Shown here one piece after another: positions 21,136 to 29,144 of a stretch of 64,000 nucleotides of DNA. The stretch is from Thermoanaerobaculia bacterium (lineage in GTDB: Bacteria > Acidobacteriota > Thermoanaerobaculia > Gp7-AA8): NCBI GenBank assembly GCA_036380735.1, contig DASVEE010000057.1, forward strand, positions 11,646 through 75,645, read 5' to 3'. A model generated the notes under the pieces. It saw only the letters and a list, made by a program, of their open reading frames with translations, was not told the origin of the DNA and ran no database searches. The translations under genes were made by a program, and so were the position numbers. Every line of letters starts with the position of its first letter. The first letter of the stretch is position 1.

Positions 21136-22023
21136 ATGCTCTGGTTCTTCATTCTCTTTACCGTGCTGCTGCCCGGCATCGGCATCCTCTGGATGTTCCG
21201 CCGCTCCCCGCAGCCGCGCCTCGGCTGGATCGCCACGTTCGCCTTTGCAGCGGCGCTCGTCGGCGTCAGCGTCGTCGCCGCTCCCTGGGGGTGGCTCGGC
21301 TACGGGATCCGCGTACTGATGCTCGCGTTCTTCATCGGCTCGGTCATCTCCTCGTGGCGCCGCAAGGATGCGGAGCCGCAGAAGGACAACCCCTTCTTCA
21401 TCGTCGGCCGCTTCGCCCTCGCCGTCTTCTTCTTCAACGGCCTCGGGCATGCTCTGGCCGGGTGGCGCGAGCCCTCCGGCGCCATCGACATGCAGTTCCC
21501 TCTGGCCGAGGGAGTGGCCATCGTGGGACAGGGGGGCTCGACGATGACGCTGAACTACCACAATGTCGACGTTTCCCAGCGCTACGCCCTCGACGTCCAG
21601 CGCCTCAACCCCCTCGGCATGCGCGCCTGGGGGCTGCTGCCCGAGGAGCCGAAACGCTACGCCATCTTCGGCACGCCGGTGGTGAGCCCGTGCGACGGCA
21701 CCGTCCTCGCGGCGGTCGACGGACTGGCGGACAACCGCGTCGGCCAGACCGACCCAAAGAACCTCGCCGGCAACCACGTGGTGCTCCGCTGCGGAGCGGC
21801 CACCGTCTACCTCGCTCACTTCCAGAAGGGGAGCGTCGCCGTCAAGGCCGGCGCCCCCGTGAAACGCGGCACGCCCCTGGCCAGAGTCGGCAACTCCGGC
21901 AACACCACGGAGCCTCACCTCCACATCCACGCCGAGCGGGGAGGGACGAAGCTCGGCTCCGCCCCCGGCGTGCCGCTGACGTTCGGCGGCCGGTGGCTGG
22001 TGAGAAACAGTTTGGTGTTTTAG
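21136..22023 (+). CDS. membrane-anchored M23 family metallopeptidase
   Basis: 3-4 N-terminal TM helices; C-terminal domain with GTPVVSPCDGTV and VGNSGNTTEPHLHIHAE (M23 HxH motif). Confidence 0.6.
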   Translation: MLWFFILFTVLLPGIGILWMFRRSPQPRLGWIATFAFAAALVGVSVVAAPWGWLGYGIRVLMLAFFIGSVISSWRRKDAEPQKDNPFFIVGRFALAVFFFNGLGHALAGWREPSGAIDMQFPLAEGVAIVGQGGSTMTLNYHNVDVSQRYALDVQRLNPLGMRAWGLLPEEPKRYAIFGTPVVSPCDGTVLAAVDGLADNRVGQTDPKNLAGNHVVLRCGAATVYLAHFQKGSVAVKAGAPVKRGTPLARVGNSGNTTEPHLHIHAERGGTKLGSAPGVPLTFGGRWLVRNSLVF

Positions 22024-22094
22024 CGACAAGGCCGACGAGCCCCGGCAGCCAGGCTGCAGCACCGGCTGATTTACGTGTCGCGCCGCTGTTTTTC

Positions 22095-22560
22095 AGGTGT
22101 CACACGGTCGGTCTTGGGTAACGCTTGCTCTGTTCCGGGTGTCGCAAAGCCGGCTCTGAGTGTCGCAAAGTCGGTTTCGAGTGTCGCAAAGTCGGTTTCG
22201 AGTGTCGCGAAGTCGGTTTTGAGTGTCGCGAAGTCGGTTTCGAGTATCGCGAAGTCGGTTTCGAGTGTCGCATTCTCGTCCTGAGGACACTGAAAGTCGG
22301 TTTCGAGCGTCGCATTCTCGTCCTGAGGACACTGAAAGTCGGTTTCGAGTGTTGCATTCTCGTCCTGAGGACACTGAAGGTCGGTTTCGAGTCTCGCAGT
22401 CTCATCCTCGGGGGCTCGCGTGAATGCTGCGGAGCTTCGACTTGCAGCCCGGGAGTTTCGAGTCGACGTCGTGGAGCTTCGCCCCACGGTCCCGGCGTTT
22501 CGCGTGCGGAGCTCCGCCTGGCAACCGCGGAGTTTCGGGCGGCAGCCGTGAACCTCCCTT
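22095..22560. repeat. tandem array 2: 21-bp units TGTCGCAAAGTCGGTTTCGAG (x6) then 42-bp higher-order units (x3) then degenerate 21-bp units
   Basis: periodicity visible through 22560 (GCGGAGCTTCGACTTGCAGCC / CGGGAGTTTCGAGTCGACGTC ...). Confidence 0.9.
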
Positions 22561-22779
22561 CGGATGGTCTGGACGTCCGACGGAAACCTCGCGGAGTGTC
22601 GATCCGTTCTCACGGAGTCATGCTCGATTACCGAGGACTCCCGTCTTGCACGGGCACGCAGACGAGTTTGGCGCGGAGGGACGCGGGCGCAAAACGAAGG
22701 AAGGAGCCGCCCCAGTGTCCGCTGATGTCCGACGTTGACGGCACTGCGGAACCGTGGGTGCTTGCTGCTGAGTATTCGT

Positions 22780-23352
22780 TCACTGCTGGTGCGGGCTCCG
22801 GCCTGTCATTGCGGTCAACCGCTCTCGCAGCTTTTGTCGGAGATCGGTGATCCCGCGGTACTCAGGCACGTTGTGTACTGAGAGGTCAAAGTGAAGTGCT
22901 GTGCCCTCGTGGCGGTAGAGAATCGGCCGCTTGCCGAGTGCGTGCGCGTAGCCGATTTCGTAGTAAACATTGGGGCGAGCACCTGACAAGTCCGCGAAGA
23001 GGAACTCGGCACGCGCGATATGCTCCAACACGACCTCCGTAATCTTCCCCTGATGCTCGATGTCGTCTGCACGCGCCGCAGCAATGCCGAATTCAGCGAA
23101 CGTCTCTTTGACAATCACGTGCACATCCGCCAATTGTGGCTGCGACGGATCCATCCACATGATGATGAAAGCTGTGTTGGGTGTGTGCGTCGACTGCCGA
23201 ACTTTGGTCGCAGATGCAGGGTTGTCCGCGTGGGCGGTGCGAACGATGCGGAGCGCGTCACTCATCGCGTTGCGTGCTTCTACTTTGGCTGTGTCGATCG
23301 ATGCCTCGCGCGCTTCATCGAAGCTCGGTTGTGGAGAAAGCGCAGTAAGCAA
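22780..23352 (-). CDS. nucleoside 2-deoxyribosyltransferase-like / Rcl(DNPH1)-fold protein
   Basis: C-terminal motif FADLSGARPNVYYEIGYAHALGKRPILY matches the D..GT..E.G.A.A.GKPV catalytic-Glu signature of NDT/Rcl family; track start is TTG, internal ATGs at 23265 and 23160 are alternative starts. Confidence 0.55.
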   Translation of the reverse strand: MLTALSPQPSFDEAREASIDTAKVEARNAMSDALRIVRTAHADNPASATKVRQSTHTPNTAFIIMWMDPSQPQLADVHVIVKETFAEFGIAAARADDIEHQGKITEVVLEHIARAEFLFADLSGARPNVYYEIGYAHALGKRPILYRHEGTALHFDLSVHNVPEYRGITDLRQKLRERLTAMTGRSPHQQ

Positions 23353-23834
23353 AAATCCTGACGCCTTCGAGTTCGCTGCAGGTCGATACTCAACGAAAAA
23401 CTTGCAACCAGCTATCGCTGCGCTAACTTTGCTTAGCAGGCGCGCAATATCGTCGCGACTGTGAGGGGTGTATGGCAGGACGGTTGTGGCGACAAGGCTA
23501 AACCACCGATGAGCACGATCGCGCAGACCGGCGATGATGGCGACGATTCAGGCGGCAATCGGTCGCCGCGGTGGTCATAGGCATCGTCCGAAGGCCAGCT
23601 CTCCAGATGGGCCGCAATATCGTTCTGCAGTTCAATACCAACATCGTAGACCGCGCGAAAGGGTTGTTCCACGTGCACCGGAAGGCTGAGTCCGTGGGGA
23701 TCGTCATCCAGCATCTCTGGAGTATAGCTCGCCCAGAACGGGTCACGAAGGCGGCCGCAAACCCGTAGCAACGAGTGACGACGGCAATGGAAGGGCGGCA
23801 CCGCCGCCCTTCCATGATCAAGACGTCGTGCTAC

Positions 23835-24650
23835 CTACTTGCAGGACTGACCCGACACGCCGGCCATCGTGCAGAAATAGTCGCCGACGAAGCAGTGTGC
23901 GTCGCACTGCAGGACGCGGCAGCAGCCGATACAACGGCTGTTCCAGCACTTCACGTGAGCGTCCTGCTCGGCCTGATAACAGAGCATCGACCGGATGAGC
24001 GTTGCGGGGTCCGCGCCTTGTAAGCCGTAGGCGGTTCCGCGCACCCACAGCCCGCCGCAGCTTCCGCCTGGCGCCTCCCAGGAGTCCGTTTCGAATCCTT
24101 CGAAGGTCTCTCCGCCGGGACCATCGGGAAAGGTGCCGCTCTCATCCACCTTCGCACGGCGGGATAGCCGGCCGTGCAGAGGTACACCATTCTTCGCGAG
24201 GTCGCCCAGTGCTTCCACCGCCAGCGCGATTTCCTTTTCGCGGCGCGCGAATGCCACCTCCGCGCCGGGAGTGGCCGTGGTCGACCGGTCAGCACCGGCG
24301 GTCAATGTGAACCGGCCGCCATCTTTTTCCACGAGCGTCAGCGAAGGCGTCTTCGCATCCCACTCGAGCTGGAACTCGGCTGCTGACGACGCATAGGTGA
24401 TGACGCGCGCGAAGGAGCGCGTTGCCTGTGTGCTGACGCGGGCGGTGACGTTCGCCGATTCGTCCAGCAACTCTACTTCTGTGCTGTTCTCCTGAACGTC
24501 GATGCGATAGCCGGTGACGCCGAGCTCGGCCACCTTCAGCGAAGCCATCCGCGTGTCATCGACGGTCCAATCGTTCGCCGCGAACGCGCCGGGGACAGCA
24601 AGAGCGGCTACAAGAAGTGCGACACTCAGACCCAGTAGTTTCTTCTTCAT
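23835..24650 (-). CDS. secreted hypothetical protein with C-terminal Cys-rich module
   Basis: GGAGA RBS then ATG 24650 (MKKKLLGLSVALLVAALAVPGAFA signal peptide); C-terminus CYQAEQDAHVKCWNSRCIGCCRVLQCDAHCFVGDYFCTMAGVSGQSCK has 10 Cys. Confidence 0.55.
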   Translation of the reverse strand: MKKKLLGLSVALLVAALAVPGAFAANDWTVDDTRMASLKVAELGVTGYRIDVQENSTEVELLDESANVTARVSTQATRSFARVITYASSAAEFQLEWDAKTPSLTLVEKDGGRFTLTAGADRSTTATPGAEVAFARREKEIALAVEALGDLAKNGVPLHGRLSRRAKVDESGTFPDGPGGETFEGFETDSWEAPGGSCGGLWVRGTAYGLQGADPATLIRSMLCYQAEQDAHVKCWNSRCIGCCRVLQCDAHCFVGDYFCTMAGVSGQSCK

Positions 24651-24951
24651 CGAAATCTCCATCGTTGGGCGCGGATCTCCACCGGGCCGGGGGGCCCGTG
24701 CCGCGCCACACGTCAATTGGCATTCCTCTGCCGGGACGTTCTCAGATGGCCATCGGTTTACTTCAGGCAGGAATGATGGGCGGCACGTTAGCGGACGGTG
24801 TGTCGCGCGTCCACTATCAATTTGTAAGCGAACGAAAGACGTGACTCCGCGCGTGTTCGTTCGTGCGAGAATCGGGCGCATCGATGGCGGTACGTAAAGG
24901 TGGCGGTAGGGAGTTGCCGCGCAACGTCACTCCTTCGGAGAGAGCATCGAC

Positions 24952-25824
24952 ATGCCACGAGAGAAGAAAAGCGGGAGGGTCGCGCCGCTGGAAATCGTGA
25001 TGCGCACGTTCCGCCTGCGGCCGTCCAGCGTGGTGGCGGAAGCTGCGCGTTTTGCACGGCTCCTGCGAGTGCGGAAGCTCAGCCGCAACCACCTCCTGCG
25101 CATTCGGAACGGTGCGCGGACTTCGCAGGAGAAGATGATTCTCCTCGTTGCGACGCTGCGCGCCATGACCGGGTGGCCGATCCGCGTTACCGACTTGTTT
25201 GACGTGGAGCCGTTGTTGACCTTCGCGGGCGCCACCGCCGTTTGTGGCGACACTCTTGCGGTTTCAGTATTCTCGCCACAGCCGCAGCGGCTGGCTTCTG
25301 CCATGGACGAGATCGACGACCATTCCTCGGCAACACAAGTTCTGGATCGCTTGTACCGGGAGAACTGCGCGCTCCTCCTGAGCACGGCGATCTGCCGCTA
25401 TCACGTTCCTCCGAAGGATGCCGACGGATTGGTTCATGACGTATTCGCCTCCTACCTGGAGCGGCAACCGAAGGTCGGCGATTCCCGCGCGTACCTGCTC
25501 GGCGCGATCAGGAACGCCTCCCGCCATTACTGGCGGAAGCGTGCGCATGAGAGCCCGTTCCTGCCGGCGCACGCCGAGACGTCGGATGACGCCACGGCCG
25601 CAGGCCTCGACCGCTGGGCCCTGAACGTGAGTCTTTCAGTAGCGCTTTCCAAGCTGGGTGATAAGTGCCGTCAAACCCTGTTCCGCTATTACTTCGCGGA
25701 GGAGCGCCCCGACTCGATCGCACGCGACATGAACACCACGCCCGGCAATGTTTCTCAGATCCTGCATACGTGCAGACGGCGGATTCGGGAGATCTTCCGC
25801 GCGCTGACGGAGCCCAAACGATGA
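24952..25824 (+). CDS. ECF sigma factor with N-terminal XRE-type HTH extension
   Basis: N-terminal LSRNHLLRIRNGARTSQEKMILLVATLRAMTGWPIRVTDLF (XRE-like HTH); sigma region 2 (LDRLYRENCALLLSTAICRYHVPPKDADGLVHDVFASYL) and region 4 (SIARDMNTTPGNVSQILHTCRRRIRE). Confidence 0.7.
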   Translation: MPREKKSGRVAPLEIVMRTFRLRPSSVVAEAARFARLLRVRKLSRNHLLRIRNGARTSQEKMILLVATLRAMTGWPIRVTDLFDVEPLLTFAGATAVCGDTLAVSVFSPQPQRLASAMDEIDDHSSATQVLDRLYRENCALLLSTAICRYHVPPKDADGLVHDVFASYLERQPKVGDSRAYLLGAIRNASRHYWRKRAHESPFLPAHAETSDDATAAGLDRWALNVSLSVALSKLGDKCRQTLFRYYFAEERPDSIARDMNTTPGNVSQILHTCRRRIREIFRALTEPKR

Positions 25825-27152
25825 CGGAACACTTCTCGGAAGCCGAACTCTGGGACTTGGCGAGTGCATCCCAGGCATCTTCCCAACGCGCACGTCTGCA
25901 CTTCGAAGCGTGTGAATCATGCCGGGCGCTCTACGAGTCGTTCGCCGCGATCGATGCCGGCCTGCGGGAGAGAGACGTCTGGGCGGCGGCGGAACACCTT
26001 CGCGTTGAAGGTGCCGACAGCGCCTTACGACTGCGGCAGTTTGCCGCGCGGCTTGACGCTGAGCGCGAGGATGCGGCGCGCCTGCTGCAGCCGGTCCTGA
26101 TCTCACCGGCCGAATTCGAGCGTCACGACGTGGTACGGCAACCTTCATTTCAGACGGCCGCGTGCGTGGAAATTCTGTGCAACACCGCCGAGCAGATGCG
26201 CGAACGACGGCCCTCGTTCGCATTGGCGTTGGCGACAACCGCTGCCACGATTGCCGGAAAGCTGGAACGGACACCTCGCACGCTCGGGCTACGAGCCCGG
26301 GCGGAGTTGGAGAGAGGCATTGCACTGGGAATGACGGGGAAGTTCGCAGGCGCCGAAGCTGCGCTGGAGCGTTCGGCCGCCGCGCTGGACGAGGCGCCGT
26401 TAGCGACGGACTGGGAGTACGCCTGCGTCGGGCTGGCGCGGGGCGTCATCTATTCGAACAGCGAGCGATACGACGAAGCAATCGGTGAGGCTGCCGCCGC
26501 GGCCGCGGTGTTCCGCGAAGCGGGCGATATGACGCGTTATCTGAAAGCACAAATGGTCGTGGCGAACGTCGACATCTACAGAAACCGATACGCGGACGCG
26601 ACGATCATCGCGCAGGAAATCGTCGCCGCTGCACGCCACTCTGATGACGTGCTGCTGCTCGCGCAGGCTCATCACACCGCGGCACTTTGCTACAGCGGCT
26701 TGAACGAGTGCGATACCGCTCTCGACCATTACGCGGAGGCGGCGACCCGATGGGATGAGCTCGGACTTACCACGGAGTGCGTCCGTGTCGAGTGGGCAGT
26801 TGCAGCGCTGCTCGTCCGACAGGGCCACATGGCCGCGGGAATCGAACAACTAGCATTGTTGCCGGGCCGTTTCGCAGCGCTGGGAATGATCAACGACGCG
26901 GCGCTCGCCAGTCTGGATCTTGCGGAGGCGCTGATTCTCGCCGGGCGAGCCTCCGACGTGCCGTTGATTCTGAGCGGCGTGATCGTGACGTTCTCGAACG
27001 AGGGCTTGATGCGCAGCGCCAACTTGGCTCTCGCGTACCTTCGCGAGGCGGCTGGCAGCAACGACGTGAGCGCGGACAAGATCCGCCACGTGCGCGACTA
27101 TCTGGCGGCGCTCCCGACACACCCGGGCCAGCGGTTCGAGCCGCTCCGCTGA
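25821..27152 (+). CDS. putative anti-sigma factor (zinc-binding N-terminus, TPR-like repeats)
   Basis: ATGA overlap with sigma stop; HFEACESCRAL (HxxxCxxC ZAS-like); long helical repeat region. Confidence 0.5.
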   Translation: MTEHFSEAELWDLASASQASSQRARLHFEACESCRALYESFAAIDAGLRERDVWAAAEHLRVEGADSALRLRQFAARLDAEREDAARLLQPVLISPAEFERHDVVRQPSFQTAACVEILCNTAEQMRERRPSFALALATTAATIAGKLERTPRTLGLRARAELERGIALGMTGKFAGAEAALERSAAALDEAPLATDWEYACVGLARGVIYSNSERYDEAIGEAAAAAAVFREAGDMTRYLKAQMVVANVDIYRNRYADATIIAQEIVAAARHSDDVLLLAQAHHTAALCYSGLNECDTALDHYAEAATRWDELGLTTECVRVEWAVAALLVRQGHMAAGIEQLALLPGRFAALGMINDAALASLDLAEALILAGRASDVPLILSGVIVTFSNEGLMRSANLALAYLREAAGSNDVSADKIRHVRDYLAALPTHPGQRFEPLR

Positions 27153-27180
27153 GCGGGAGTGGGCCGGTGCAACATTTTGA

Positions 27181-27590
27181 GTGCGTGCTTCGCCCGTACG
27201 ATCGCGCCGCATGGGCGCAAGAAGGCGGTCTACTCTTCACGACGACGTCGTGCTTGCCGTGAGAATCGAGGAGTATCTGGGCCTTTGCTTCGAATCGTGC
27301 ACGGCTGCACGTGTAACGGAGCTTGCGGAAACGATAGGCGTCAGCCGACCGCTGTTGACGCGCAGGTGCGCCGAAGTGTTTTGGCGCCACGCCTTTACAA
27401 GTGCTGCGCGAACGTCAGCTCGGATTCGCCGCCGGGTTACTCACATCGCTGCCACGGCTCACGGTATCCGAGATTGCCCGAAGGGCGGCGTTTGGAACGG
27501 AAGCAACGATGTTCCGCGCGTTCGTCGCGAGGTATGGATGCACCCCCGAGGAATACCGCAATAAGCTTACAAAATGATAGTGGACGCACT
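27181..27590 (+). pseudogene. frameshifted AraC-family HTH domain protein
   Basis: first HTH helix pair in frame of ORF 27181 (VTELAETIGVSRPLLTRRCAEV), second in another frame (FGATPLQVLRERQLGFAAGLL...FGTEATMFRAFVARYGCTPEEYRNKL); shift in the T-run near 27380. Confidence 0.45.
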
Positions 27591-27624
27591 CTGACCCCTC
27601 GCGTATCGTCCGCAACATTCCGGT

Positions 27625-28338
27625 ATGCATTTAGACAAATTGCTTTCCATCGCGAGCGATCCACTGGGGCCCGCACTGATCCGAGCTTCCTGTGAGGAAT
27701 CAGTCCCTCGGTCGGTATACGAACTGCTGGCAGCTCGGAATGGTTTTTACCTTCTGGCGAAGGCAGTTCACGTGTTCCCACTGAGCGCACACAACATCCT
27801 CCCGATGGATGCAGAACGATGGAATGCACCAGTGCTGTGGAAGGCTGCTTACGGTGGCTTGTGGCGCGACATGTTCGTGTTCGCGGAGAACGCACTGGGA
27901 TGGCAGTTTGGCATGTCTGCCGAGGGGGTCTACGCCTTCGATCCGGAAACTGCCGCTGTGGAGTGGATGGGGCGGAACCTCGAGGAGTGGGGCGACACGA
28001 TCTCTAAGCGGTTCGAGCACTTCACGCGGTTCGGCGTGGTCCACCGCTGGCAGACTGCATTTGGCCCTATTCCGGACGGTGTGCACCTCGTGCCTCGTCT
28101 GCCGGTGGTTCGCGGTGGTTCGTATGATGTTGCGAACTTCCTTCTGACCGATGCCGTCACGAGTCTGCGTATGCGGGCGCGGCTGGCTATCACCGTCGAT
28201 CAGGCTGCAGATGGAACTTCGCTGGGCATCGTGCGCGGCCGTCTTCGCTCGTTCGGCACCAGTCCGGTGGCGGCACCGACGTGCGACCGGTGCAGATTGC
28301 AAAGGTATGTCAACTCGACGTGGCTGGGACAGCACTGA
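27625..28338 (+). CDS. SMI1/KNR4 (SUKH-1)-like protein, possible orphan immunity protein
   Basis: VPRSVYELLAARNGFYL and FVFAENALGWQFGMSAEGVYAFDPE resemble SUKH-1 motifs; no toxin gene adjacent. Confidence 0.4.
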   Translation: MHLDKLLSIASDPLGPALIRASCEESVPRSVYELLAARNGFYLLAKAVHVFPLSAHNILPMDAERWNAPVLWKAAYGGLWRDMFVFAENALGWQFGMSAEGVYAFDPETAAVEWMGRNLEEWGDTISKRFEHFTRFGVVHRWQTAFGPIPDGVHLVPRLPVVRGGSYDVANFLLTDAVTSLRMRARLAITVDQAADGTSLGIVRGRLRSFGTSPVAAPTCDRCRLQRYVNSTWLGQH

Positions 28339-28478
28339 TGATCCCGCAGCTTTGCTGGATGCATTTGGCAATGAATGCGTACGGCCCTCTCCAATCTCTC
28401 ATCAGCGGCGGCCTTCGAGCGGGAACTCAAAGCGCCAGCGACCCGCCGCGCGCACCCGGCGCCACCAGAAGAATCATC

Positions 28479-28697
28479 ATGCCCAGCCCTGAAGATGAAG
28501 CTCGCGCTGAGCTGGCGGAACTGCTCGCGGGATGGAATGCCCTCCTCGGTCTGATCGAGGAGGGGCATCCAGGGCTTGCTTGGATGAAGGGCGACGTCGA
28601 CGCCGCGGCGCGACTGACACGCTCGCTCATCCACAGCATGGCGGACCCTGCTCTGCAACTGCGGCCGACACGCTTGACTGAGGTTCGTGCTCCTTGA
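28479..28697 (+). CDS. small hypothetical protein (72 aa)
   Basis: ATG 28479 (MPSPEDEARAELAELLAGWNALLGLIEEGHPG...) inside track ORF 28281..28697; no motifs. Confidence 0.25.
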   Translation: MPSPEDEARAELAELLAGWNALLGLIEEGHPGLAWMKGDVDAAARLTRSLIHSMADPALQLRPTRLTEVRAP

Positions 28698-28702
28698 ACC
28701 GT

Positions 28703-28878
28703 CAAGGCCACGGCGGCGTCGGTTTTCCGAGCAGCCAGATGACGAAACGGACCACCGCGGGGCGGCTCATCTGTTCTCGGGTGCGTCCGGCGGCGGGTAA
28801 CGCCGATGCCATCGGGGTGAGCGCGATCGCTGCGAGCAGGGCAGTGGTGGCAGCTAACTTATTCACACGTAAAGACAT
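28703..28878 (-). CDS. small secreted peptide (58 aa) not in ORF track
   Basis: AAGGAG SD 5 nt upstream of ATG 28878; MSLRVNKLAATTALLAAIALTPMASA signal peptide then 32-aa mature part. Confidence 0.35.
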
Positions 28879-29144
28879 GCCTTCTCCTTCGGCGCCGCCG
28901 CTTCAAAGTTATGGCGGCTCCGCTGACACAAGGTGACGCCGGCTGGCGTTCAATTAGAGAAGGATTCCGGCGCCTTGCCGTACCTGGCCAGACGGCGTGG
29001 GATCCCGCCTGGAGCCGGACGGCATTCGTCGTGGTGACGCGGCGCTTCGTACCCGCAAGCCGCTCACTCGTACCGGGATGGAAACTTTGTTACCCTTCCG
29101 CCGTTCAACCTGCGGTCACAACATCGTTCCAGGAGGATCACAGG

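Noticed and set aside
22071-22613. ORF spanning array 2 (TDFATLE heptad protein)
   Set aside because: Composed almost entirely of the 21- and 42-bp repeat read in frame. No start context or domain.
23433-23821. Overlapping minus-strand ORFs 23433..23801 and 23498..23821 between the NDT-like and Cys-rich genes
   Set aside because: Neither has motifs or a convincing start. It could be a decayed gene or a 5-prime UTR. Left unannotated, though flagged in the island finding.
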